From the NCBI GenBank assembly GCA_964437175.1, contig CAYTFR010000001.1:1-49465 (forward strand): DNA of 49,465 bases, given 5' to 3'. The notes beneath the pieces were generated by a model that worked only from the letters and a program-made list of their open reading frames with translations, did not search any database and had not been told where the DNA came from. Numbering within the stretch: the first letter of the stretch is position 1; each line of letters opens with the position of its first letter. Source of the DNA: an uncultured Gammaproteobacteria bacterium. Its GTDB lineage: Bacteria; Patescibacteriota; Microgenomatia; UBA1406; GWC2-37-13. The position numbers and the translations under genes were made by a program. Positions 6,910-15,592 of the stretch are shown here, one piece after another.

Positions 6910-9867
6910 ATGGCTTATCGAATTGAAGTTTCATACAAAAAAAATGATGCTCGGGCAAAAATAATCTTTAATAAGATTAAATCCTTGGGTTTTAAATCTA
7001 AACTCCAAAAAGTTTTTTTAACTGATATCTACACAATTAACAAACAATTTACTAACAATCAATTAAAGCAAATCAGCTCAATTTTACATAATCCTGTTAG
7101 CCAAAACTCAATGATTAAAAAACCTTTAAGCCCTTTAAACTTCAATTGGGCAATTGAGATTGGTTATCTACCCGGAGTAACCGACAACACAGCTAAAACA
7201 GCCAAAGAAATAATTGAAGACTATCTTTGTATTAAGTTTAACCAATCAGAAGAAATATATACTTCTCAGGTTATTTATTTATCAGGAAAACTGACTCAGA
7301 AAAATGTCCAATCAATTGCTGAAGACCTTGCCAACTCACTAATTCAAAGAATTCATATAAAAACATATCACCAATTTAAAAAAGATCAGGGAATGGATAT
7401 TATTGTCCCAAAAGTAAAGCTTATAGAAAAACCAGTTGTTAATAAAGTTAATCTCAATGTCAGTGATGAAGAATTAATAACTATTGGTAAAAAAGGAATT
7501 GCTAATAAAGACAAAACTAGAAGAGGCCCTTTAGCTCTTGACTTAACATATATGAAAACTATTCAAAGCTATTTTAAAAAACAAAACCGAAATCCAACTG
7601 ATATTGAACTGGAATCAATTGCCCAAACATGGTCAGAACATTGTAAACACACTATCTTTGCCGATCCTATGGATGAGATTAAAGATGGATTGTATAAAAC
7701 CTATATTCAGAAAGCGACTCAAGAAATAAGAAAAAGTAAAGGAAAAAAAGATTTTTGCTTCTCGGTTTTTACAGATAACTCCGGAGCAATTGTTTTTAAT
7801 AAAGATTATCTAGTCACGGATAAGGTTGAAACTCATAACAGTCCATCGGCTTTAGACCCTTTTGGCGGAGCAATCACTGGCATTGTTGGTGTTAATCGAG
7901 ACACAATTGGTTTTGGTTTAGGAGCAAAACCAATAATTAACCGTTATGGATATTGTTTTACTGATCCTAAAAATACAACTCCTTTATACCGTGATTCTCA
8001 GCTTAAACAAAAAATGCTTTCTCCAAAACGAATTATGCAAGGAGTAATCAATGGCGTAAATGTTGGCGGTAACTGCTCTGGGATTCCAACCCCTCAGGGA
8101 TTTATGATTTTTGATCCTCGCTATAAAGGAAAACCTTTGGTTTTTGTTGGGACAGTTGGTCTAATCCCTAAAAAGATAGCCAATAAAAAAAGCCATCTTA
8201 AAAAAGCTCGACCTGGTGATTATATTGTTGTTATTGGCGGTCGGGTCGGTCTTGATGGAATCCATGGAGCAACCTTTTCTTCAGAAGCTCTAGACAGTGG
8301 CAGTCCATCTGGAGCGGTTCAGATAGGAGATCCAATTACTCAAAAAAAACTAAGTGATGCTCTGGTTAAAGAGGCAAACAAACAAGGATTGTTTAATAGT
8401 CTAACTGACAATGGAGCTGGCGGTTTATCATGCTCTGTAGCTGAGATGGCTAAAGAATCTAATGGTTGTTTTGTTCATCTTGAAAAAGTTCCTTTAAAAT
8501 ATCCAAATTTGGCTCCTTGGCAAATATGGATCTCTGAATCACAAGAGCGAATGACTTTAGCTGTGCCAAAAAACAAATGGAAAAAATTTGCTCATTTAAT
8601 GAAGCAACGAGGAGTCGAAGCAACAATTATCGGCCAATTTACTAAATCAGGTAAATGTATTGTTAAGTATGAAAACCAGACAATTGTCAATATCCAAATG
8701 GAGTTTCTTCATAACGGACTACCTCCAAGACCAATGAAAACAATCTATGTAAAACCTAAACTTAAAGAGCCGATTATTCCCAAAAAAACCGACCTAACAA
8801 AAACCTTTCTTTCAATCCTTTCCCGACCAAACATTGCCAGCTTTGAATTTATCTCTCAACAATATGATTATGAAGTCCAAGGAACATCTGTTTTAAAACC
8901 TCTTCAAGGAAAAGGAAGAATCAACAGCAATGCAACCGTCATTAAACCAATCCTAAAATCAAAAAAAGGAGTAGTTATTTCTCAAGGAATTAACCCCAGC
9001 TATAGTGATATTGATACTTATCATATGGCCTCATGCGCCATTGATACTGCCATCCGAAACGCTGTTTCTGTCGGAGCGGACATTGATTATCTTGCTCTTT
9101 TAGATAATTTTTGTTGGTGCAGTTCAAATGAACCTGAAAGATTAGGCCAATTAAAAAAAGCAACCCAAGCCTGTTATGATTATGCTCTCTTTTACAAAAC
9201 TCCTTTTATCTCAGGAAAAGACAGTATGTTTAATGATTTTAAAGGATATGATAAAAAAGGCCAGCCTCTTAAAATATCTGTCCCACCAACTTTACTAATC
9301 TCATCAATCAGCGTTATCCCTAATATTAATAAGGTTGTTTCTCTTGACGCTAAATTTCCTAACGATTTAATCTATCTTTTAGGCGAAACAAAAGACGAAT
9401 TAGGCGGATCAGAGTATTTTTCCCTTTTTCAATCTATTGGAACAAAAGTCCCTCAGGTTAATGGCCAAAAAAATAAACAATTATATAAATCTATTTATCA
9501 GGCGATTCAAAAAGAATTAATTTCATCAGCCCAAAGCATTGGACGTGGCGGATTAGGAGTGGCAATAGCTAAAACCGCCATGGGAGGAATGTTAGGCGTT
9601 AAAATCTCTTTAAAAAATATTTTTGGCTCTGTCGGCCGTGACGACTATGCTCTTTTTTCAGAAAGCCAAGGAAGACTTATTGTCACCATTAATCCAAAAA
9701 AGAAAAAATTGTTTGAAAAAACAATGAAAAACAATCCTTTTAAACTTATTGGTAAAGTAACCAAAAAACAAAGTATCATTATTAAAGGATTAACAAACAA
9801 AATCATTGTCAATACAACCTTAGATAAAGCTTTAAAAAGTTACCGATCAACATTTAAAAACATTTAA
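6910..9867 (+). CDS. purL: FGAM synthase PurL with an N-terminal PurS-like double domain
   Basis: Start taken at MAYRIEV, just after the purD stop. The first ~165 aa look like two PurS-like modules. They are followed by the typical PurL core (SEHCKH, ETHNSPSALDPFGGA, two AIR-synthase-like repeats). There is no glutaminase domain. Confidence 0.85.
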   Translation: MAYRIEVSYKKNDARAKIIFNKIKSLGFKSKLQKVFLTDIYTINKQFTNNQLKQISSILHNPVSQNSMIKKPLSPLNFNWAIEIGYLPGVTDNTAKTAKEIIEDYLCIKFNQSEEIYTSQVIYLSGKLTQKNVQSIAEDLANSLIQRIHIKTYHQFKKDQGMDIIVPKVKLIEKPVVNKVNLNVSDEELITIGKKGIANKDKTRRGPLALDLTYMKTIQSYFKKQNRNPTDIELESIAQTWSEHCKHTIFADPMDEIKDGLYKTYIQKATQEIRKSKGKKDFCFSVFTDNSGAIVFNKDYLVTDKVETHNSPSALDPFGGAITGIVGVNRDTIGFGLGAKPIINRYGYCFTDPKNTTPLYRDSQLKQKMLSPKRIMQGVINGVNVGGNCSGIPTPQGFMIFDPRYKGKPLVFVGTVGLIPKKIANKKSHLKKARPGDYIVVIGGRVGLDGIHGATFSSEALDSGSPSGAVQIGDPITQKKLSDALVKEANKQGLFNSLTDNGAGGLSCSVAEMAKESNGCFVHLEKVPLKYPNLAPWQIWISESQERMTLAVPKNKWKKFAHLMKQRGVEATIIGQFTKSGKCIVKYENQTIVNIQMEFLHNGLPPRPMKTIYVKPKLKEPIIPKKTDLTKTFLSILSRPNIASFEFISQQYDYEVQGTSVLKPLQGKGRINSNATVIKPILKSKKGVVISQGINPSYSDIDTYHMASCAIDTAIRNAVSVGADIDYLALLDNFCWCSSNEPERLGQLKKATQACYDYALFYKTPFISGKDSMFNDFKGYDKKGQPLKISVPPTLLISSISVIPNINKVVSLDAKFPNDLIYLLGETKDELGGSEYFSLFQSIGTKVPQVNGQKNKQLYKSIYQAIQKELISSAQSIGRGGLGVAIAKTAMGGMLGVKISLKNIFGSVGRDDYALFSESQGRLIVTINPKKKKLFEKTMKNNPFKLIGKVTKKQSIIIKGLTNKIIVNTTLDKALKSYRSTFKNI

Positions 9868-10667
9868 TGATAAATCCAAAAGTATTGATTTTTTCCGGTT
9901 ACGGTCTAAATTGTGAAGACGAAACTAAATACGCTTTTGAGATGGCTGGGGCTAAAGCCGATATTGTCCATATTAATGATTTAATTGACAACAAAAAACT
10001 TTTAAATCAATACCAAATATTAGCTTTTCCAGGTGGCTTCTCTTTTGGTGATGACACTGGGTCTGGAAATGCTTTTGCTCAAAAAATAAAAAACCATCTT
10101 TGGCAAGAAATCAAAAAATTTATTGAAAAAGATAAATTAATTATTGGCATTTGTAATGGATTTCAAGTCTTAGTTAATCTTGGCCTTGTTCCAGCTTTTA
10201 ACAATCAATATGGTCATCGAGAAGTAGCTCTTACAGACAATGATTCAGCTCAATACACAGTTCGCTGGGTTGATTTAAAGATTTACAACAACTCACCATG
10301 GCTTAAAAATATAAAAACCATTTCTTTACCAATTGCTCATGGTGAAGGAAAATTTTATGGATCAAAATCTGTTTTATTCCGATTAAAAAAACAAAATCTA
10401 ATTGTAGCTCGTTATATTAAAGGTCAAATCTGCCAATATCAATCACTTGACGCCAATCCAAATGGTTCTTTAGATGATATCAGTGCTATTACTGATCAAA
10501 GTAAAAAAATATTAGGGATAATGCCTCATCCGGAAAGAGCAATATTTTTTACTCAACTCCCAAATTGGACATATTTGAAAGAGAAACTCCAAAGAGAAGG
10601 CAAACCTTGTCCTAAAAACGGACCAGGCTTGCAGATTTTTCAAAATGGTATTAATTATTTTAAATAA
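9867..10667 (+). CDS. purQ: FGAM synthase glutaminase subunit
   Basis: ICNGFQVL (nucleophile cysteine) and MPHPER motifs. TAATG stop/start overlap with purL. Confidence 0.9.
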   Translation: MINPKVLIFSGYGLNCEDETKYAFEMAGAKADIVHINDLIDNKKLLNQYQILAFPGGFSFGDDTGSGNAFAQKIKNHLWQEIKKFIEKDKLIIGICNGFQVLVNLGLVPAFNNQYGHREVALTDNDSAQYTVRWVDLKIYNNSPWLKNIKTISLPIAHGEGKFYGSKSVLFRLKKQNLIVARYIKGQICQYQSLDANPNGSLDDISAITDQSKKILGIMPHPERAIFFTQLPNWTYLKEKLQREGKPCPKNGPGLQIFQNGINYFK

Positions 10668-10686
10668 TCTATAATAAGCAAAACCT

Positions 10687-11700
10687 ATGAAATATAAAGA
10701 TTATACTATCACCACTTTAGGCAGTCATTCTGCCCTACAGATATTAAAAGGAGCTAAAGATGAAGGGTTTAAAACCCTTTGTATTGCTCTTTCTGGAAGA
10801 GAAAAACCATACAAGATGTTTAATGTCGCTGATGAAATTAAGGTCATAAACTCATACCAGGATTTTTTAAACCTTGATAAAAAACTATCCTCCCAAAATA
10901 TTATTCTTATTCCTCATGCTTCATTCATTGCTTATTTAGGGATTAAAAACTTAGAAAAACTAAAAATGAAATACTTTGGCAATAAAAAAATTCTTCGTTT
11001 GGAATCAGATCGAGATGAAGAGAAAAACTGGCTTGAAAAGGCCAATTTAAATATACCAAAGATATTTAAAAAACCTCAAGAAATTGATCGACCAGTAATT
11101 ATTAAATTCCATGGTGCTAGCGGAGGTAAAGGTTATTTTTTAGCTAAAAATGAAAAAGATTTTTATAGAAAAATCGCTCCTCATAAAAACAAAAAGTATA
11201 TTATTCAAGAATATATTATTGGTGTCCCTATTTTTGCCCATTATTTTTACTCTCTTCTTGACCATAAATTAGAACTAATGGGTTTTGACAAACGTTATGA
11301 ATCAAATGCTGATTCTTTAGGCAGAATCTCAGCTCGTGATCAATTAGTTTTAAAAAATATTGATCCTTCATATTTTATCTGTGGCAACATTCCAATTGTT
11401 ATTCGCGAATCATTTCTACCAAAAATAATTGAAATGGCAGAGAATGTAATTAACGTCTCTCAAAAAATAACTCCGCCTGGTCTTTTTGGTCCTTTTTGTT
11501 TAGAGATGGTTATTTCACCAAGCGGAGAAATCTTTTGTTTTGAAATCTCAGCCAGAATTGTTGCCGGAACCAATCCATATATTGCTGGTTCACCTTACAG
11601 CCAACTTTTATATAATCAGCCAATGAGTTCAGGTCGTAGAATTGCCAGAGAAATTAAAAAAGCAATTAAAAAAAACAAATTAGAATTAATATTAAGATAA
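10687..11700 (+). CDS. purP: Archaeal-type FAICAR synthetase (PurP, ATP-grasp)
   Basis: TLGSHSALQILKGAKDEGF, DKRYESN, GNIPIVIRESFLP, GPFCLE, SARIVAGTN and GRRIAREIK match my recollection of archaeal PurP (DUF1246/DUF1297). Confidence 0.75.
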   Translation: MKYKDYTITTLGSHSALQILKGAKDEGFKTLCIALSGREKPYKMFNVADEIKVINSYQDFLNLDKKLSSQNIILIPHASFIAYLGIKNLEKLKMKYFGNKKILRLESDRDEEKNWLEKANLNIPKIFKKPQEIDRPVIIKFHGASGGKGYFLAKNEKDFYRKIAPHKNKKYIIQEYIIGVPIFAHYFYSLLDHKLELMGFDKRYESNADSLGRISARDQLVLKNIDPSYFICGNIPIVIRESFLPKIIEMAENVINVSQKITPPGLFGPFCLEMVISPSGEIFCFEISARIVAGTNPYIAGSPYSQLLYNQPMSSGRRIAREIKKAIKKNKLELILR

Positions 11701-11707
11701 AAAAATT

Positions 11708-12829
11708 ATGAAAAACCTATCAATTTCAAAAAAATACAATCTTTCAGATTTAACTATCTGCGCCTTAGGCAGTCATAGCGCTTTGGATATTTGCCAAGGA
11801 GCTAAAAAATATGGCTTTAAAACCTTGGTAGTCGCCCAAAAAGGGCGAGAAAAAACATATCAAAATTATTATAAAACCAGAGGTCATCTTGGATGCGTTG
11901 ATAATTGTCTTGTTTTAGAAAAATTTTCCGACCTCTTAAAACCAGATATTCAACAAAAACTTATCTCCCAAAACGCTCTTTTCATCCCCCACCGCTCTTT
12001 TGAGGTTTATCTAAACTTTAACTATTCAGCGATTGAAAACTTATTTAATATTCCTCTCTTTGGTAACAAATATCTATTAAAGATTGAAGAAAGAGGCTTA
12101 AAACCTAACCAATATGATCTTTTAAAAAAAGCCAATATTCGATTTCCTAAAATATTTAGTGACCCTCAAAAAATTGATCGATTGTCTTTGGTTAAGGTCC
12201 TGGAAAAAGAACGAAGTTTTGAACGAGCTTTTTTCTTGGTTAATAATTATCAGGAGTATAAAAAAATAACTAAAAAGAAAATAAGCCAAGGCATTTTTAC
12301 TGAAAAACAGCTTGAAAAAAGTATTATTGAAGAGTTTATTCTTGGGGTTCATGTTAATTTCAATTTTTTTTATTCTCCAATCACCAAACAGCTAGAATTG
12401 TTAGGAACAGATACTAGACGCCAAACAAATCTTGAAGGAATTCTCCGCCTACCAGCCAGTTATCAAAAAGAAATTCTTAACAAGGTTGCAATTAAATACG
12501 AAGAAGCTGGACACATAGCCGTCACCGTTCTTGAGTCAATGCTTGAACAAGCTTTTGAATTAGGAGAACAGTTTGTTAAAACCAGCCAAAAAATGTTCCC
12601 ATTAGGAATTATTGGCCCTTTTGCTTTGCAGTCCATTATTACTTCTGGACCGCCGAAAAAAGATATTGTTGTTATTGATGTTTCTCCTCGAGTTCCAGGA
12701 TCACCCGGCATCTCAGCCACTCCTTATAGCCAATATCTTTATTCTAAACCAATAACTGTTGGCCAACGAATTGGGATGGAAATTAAAAAAGCAGTTTCTA
12801 TCAAGGCTTTAAATAAAATTGTGACTTAA
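11708..12829 (+). CDS. Divergent PurP-family ATP-grasp paralog
   Basis: ALGSHSALDICQGAKKYGF, GPFALQ, SPRVPGSPG and GQRIGMEIKKA. Same fold family as the upstream gene but clearly diverged (DTRRQTN replaces DKRYESN). Confidence 0.65.
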   Translation: MKNLSISKKYNLSDLTICALGSHSALDICQGAKKYGFKTLVVAQKGREKTYQNYYKTRGHLGCVDNCLVLEKFSDLLKPDIQQKLISQNALFIPHRSFEVYLNFNYSAIENLFNIPLFGNKYLLKIEERGLKPNQYDLLKKANIRFPKIFSDPQKIDRLSLVKVLEKERSFERAFFLVNNYQEYKKITKKKISQGIFTEKQLEKSIIEEFILGVHVNFNFFYSPITKQLELLGTDTRRQTNLEGILRLPASYQKEILNKVAIKYEEAGHIAVTVLESMLEQAFELGEQFVKTSQKMFPLGIIGPFALQSIITSGPPKKDIVVIDVSPRVPGSPGISATPYSQYLYSKPITVGQRIGMEIKKAVSIKALNKIVT

Positions 12830-12885
12830 TTTTAATTAAAAAACAATAATCTTGAATAATTCTTACAATCTATAAGTTTTTACAT

Positions 12886-12915
12886 ATTGACATTTTGTAT
12901 ATTTTATGAAACAAT
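12886..12915 (+). promoter_or_regulatory. Sigma70-like promoter for the Phd/PIN module (TTGACA-18-TGaAACAAT)
   Basis: Perfect -35, then an extended -10 that ends 6 nt before the ATG at 12922 (leaderless geometry). Confidence 0.45.
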
Positions 12916-12921
12916 GTTTTT

Positions 12922-13191
12922 ATGATTCAAACTATCAATGCCACTCAAGCTAGAGAAAAATTTGCTGATATTATTAACCGTGTCCTTTATAGAGAAGAAG
13001 AATTTATTATTGAGAAACAAGGAAAACCAGTTGCTTTAATTACTAAGGTTAAAAAAAATAAGAAAATTGATAATAAAAGAATAAATAGTAAACAATTCCT
13101 TGCTAAATTAAGCCATTATCAACTTAAAAAAGGACCAAAAAACTTTGCTAAAAACCATGATAAATATGCTTGGGACACAAATAATAGTTGA
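12922..13191 (+). CDS. Phd/YefM-type antitoxin
   Basis: N-terminus MIQTINATQAREKFADIINRV...EEFIIEKQGKPVALI is the classic Phd/YefM signature. Confidence 0.7.
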   Translation: MIQTINATQAREKFADIINRVLYREEEFIIEKQGKPVALITKVKKNKKIDNKRINSKQFLAKLSHYQLKKGPKNFAKNHDKYAWDTNNS

Positions 13192-13600
13192 CTCTGATGC
13201 TCTAATTGGTCTTATTCATCAAGATGATATTCTTCATAAACAATGCCTGAAAATATCTCAGCATTTGACTAATAATAATTTCCAAATAATTATTCCTTAT
13301 CCAATCCTTTTAGAAGCATCAACTGCTTTAAATCGGAGCAAACTTATTAAAGGTCGCTACTTAGCCCGTAAATTGCTTAAGGATTATGCAAAACTTGAGA
13401 AGAATTATCTAAAACAAACCAATGTCTCTTCGTTAATAGCCAAACTTTATAATCCAAAAACTGCTAAAAAAAACACTCCTTTTGATTACTATCTTTTAGC
13501 GTTAGCTAAAAAAAACAATATTAAAGTTATTTTTTCTTTCGATTCTTTTTATCGTAAAAATGGATTAATCTTAGCTAAAAGTCTTTTAAAAAAAGGTTAA
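13166..13600 (+). CDS. PIN-domain toxin (VapC-like)
   Basis: IIVDSDALIGL N-terminal PIN acidic motif. The gene overlaps the antitoxin 3' end. Start chosen at MLGTQ (the ORF-track start is 13145). Confidence 0.6.
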   Translation: MLGTQIIVDSDALIGLIHQDDILHKQCLKISQHLTNNNFQIIIPYPILLEASTALNRSKLIKGRYLARKLLKDYAKLEKNYLKQTNVSSLIAKLYNPKTAKKNTPFDYYLLALAKKNNIKVIFSFDSFYRKNGLILAKSLLKKG

Positions 13601-13615
13601 ATTTTATTTAATTAT

Positions 13616-15013
13616 ATGAAAAAGTTTAGTTTTAAAAACTACCTTTCCCCTTTTACCTGGCGCTACGGATCAGAAGAAATGAGATATATCTTTAGTGAGG
13701 AATATAAATACAAGCTCTGGAGAAAAATCTGGGTTTCTTTGATCCAAAGCCAATACCAACTCGGCCTTGTTTCAAAAAAAGAACTAACTGATCTAAAAAA
13801 AAATCAAAATAAGATTGATATCAAACGAATTTTAGAGATTGAAAAACAAACTAAACATGATCTGGTGGCAGGAATTAAAGAGTTTGCAGAAAAAGCAAAA
13901 ATTGGCCGAGGGAAAATTCATTTAGGAGCAACTAGTATGGATATTGTTGATAATGCTGACAACCTCCGAATCAAAATAGCTTTAGAAATTATAGAAAAAA
14001 AATTAATAAAACTACTTAAACTCTTTGGTCACCAGATTAAAAAATACGCTTATCTTCCCTGTATGGGCTATACCCATCTTCAGCCAGCCGAGCCAACAAC
14101 CGTTGGTTACCGATTAGCTTTTTATGGACAAGATCTCTTAACTGATTTTGAATATCTTCAATTTATTAAAAAACAAGTTAAAGCTAAAGGAATTAAAGGA
14201 GCAGTTGGAACATCAGCCAGTTACTTTTCTTTAGTTAATCATAACCAGAAAAAACTCAAACAACTAAAAGATAAATTTAATAAACTCTTGGAAATCAAAC
14301 CAGCTTTAATAACCAACCAAGTTTATAGTCGAAAATATGATTTTTTAGTTTTAAGCGCTCTTCAAAGTATTGCCTCAACATTGGCAAAATTTGCCGGGGA
14401 TCTTCGAATCCTCCAATCAGCTAATTTTGGAGAATGGAGTGAACCATTCTCAAAAAAACAGGTTGGTTCATCAGCTATGCCTTTTAAAAAAAACCCGATA
14501 AGCTCTGAAAAAATCTGTTCTCTTAATCGCTACATAAATCATTTAACCCCTATTGCTTTGGAAAACGCCACTTTTTCTCATCTTGAACGAACCCTGGATG
14601 ACTCAGCCAATAAAAGACTTATCATCTCTGAAAGCTTTTTAGCTCTTGATGAAATACTAATTACCAGTCAAAAAATCATCTCAGGATTAATCATTAATAA
14701 AAAAAAGATTAAAGACAATCTTGAACAATACGGACCTTTTGCCTCAATTGAAGCTCTTTTAATAAAAGGAGTAAAAAACAAGGCTAACCGCCAAAACCTT
14801 CATGAAATTTTTAGAAAAATATCTCTTCAAGCCTGGCAAAAAATTAATCAAAATCAGCCTAATCCAATGAAACAACTTTTGTTAAAAAACAGCCAGATTA
14901 AAAAATATCTAACTGAAAAAGAGATTAATCAATTATTAGATATTAAAACTCATATTGGCGATGCTCCCCAAAGAGCCTTACTTTTAGTTAAAGAAATAAA
15001 AAAAATATTATAA
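13616..15013 (+). CDS. purB: Adenylosuccinate lyase
   Basis: GATSMDIVDNA and GSSAMPFKKNP (fumarate-lyase signature loop). Confidence 0.9.
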   Translation: MKKFSFKNYLSPFTWRYGSEEMRYIFSEEYKYKLWRKIWVSLIQSQYQLGLVSKKELTDLKKNQNKIDIKRILEIEKQTKHDLVAGIKEFAEKAKIGRGKIHLGATSMDIVDNADNLRIKIALEIIEKKLIKLLKLFGHQIKKYAYLPCMGYTHLQPAEPTTVGYRLAFYGQDLLTDFEYLQFIKKQVKAKGIKGAVGTSASYFSLVNHNQKKLKQLKDKFNKLLEIKPALITNQVYSRKYDFLVLSALQSIASTLAKFAGDLRILQSANFGEWSEPFSKKQVGSSAMPFKKNPISSEKICSLNRYINHLTPIALENATFSHLERTLDDSANKRLIISESFLALDEILITSQKIISGLIINKKKIKDNLEQYGPFASIEALLIKGVKNKANRQNLHEIFRKISLQAWQKINQNQPNPMKQLLLKNSQIKKYLTEKEINQLLDIKTHIGDAPQRALLLVKEIKKIL

Positions 15014-15021
15014 AAATCAGA

Positions 15022-15049
15022 TTGGCTAGAAAATATATTAGTGTATAAT
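15022..15049 (+). promoter_or_regulatory. Internal sigma70-like promoter (TTGGCT-16-TATAAT) upstream of purE
   Basis: Perfect -10 located 10 nt before the purE ATG. Confidence 0.4.
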
Positions 15050-15059
15050 TAAAATAATA

Positions 15060-15590
15060 ATGAAACAAAAAAATAATCCTCTGATCGCTGTTACTATGGG
15101 TTCTGACTCTGATTTGCCTGTTATGCAAGAAGCAGTCAAAATTCTTAAAGAACTGGATATTCCTTACGAAGTAAAAATTATTTCATCTCATCGAACTCCT
15201 AAACAAATGTATGATTATGCCAAAACCGCTTCTTCTCGGGGTTTAAAAGTAATAATTGCCGGTGCTGGCGGAGCAGCCCATCTTCCTGGTATGGTCGCGG
15301 CCATGACTCCATTACCAGTGATTGGTGTTCCTATTAAATCAAAAACAATGAATGGTATTGACTCTTTATACTCAATTGTTCAGATGCCCCCAGGCGTTCC
15401 AGTCGCAACAGTGGCAATAAACGGAGCTAAAAATGCTGGTCTTCTAGCTGCCCAAATCATCTCAGTTGGCAATAAAAAAGTACAGTTAAAGATTGAAAAT
15501 TATAAAAAAAACCTCAGTAACATGGTAATAAAGAAAAGCAAAAAATTAGAAGAACAAGGATATATAAAATATTTAAAAAATAGAGGATAA
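15060..15590 (+). CDS. purE: PurE (N5-CAIR mutase-type sequence)
   Basis: GSDSDLPVM and [25 protein letters not shown]. Confidence 0.9.
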   Translation: MKQKNNPLIAVTMGSDSDLPVMQEAVKILKELDIPYEVKIISSHRTPKQMYDYAKTASSRGLKVIIAGAGGAAHLPGMVAAMTPLPVIGVPIKSKTMNGIDSLYSIVQMPPGVPVATVAINGAKNAGLLAAQIISVGNKKVQLKIENYKKNLSNMVIKKSKKLEEQGYIKYLKNRG

Positions 15591-15592
15591 CT

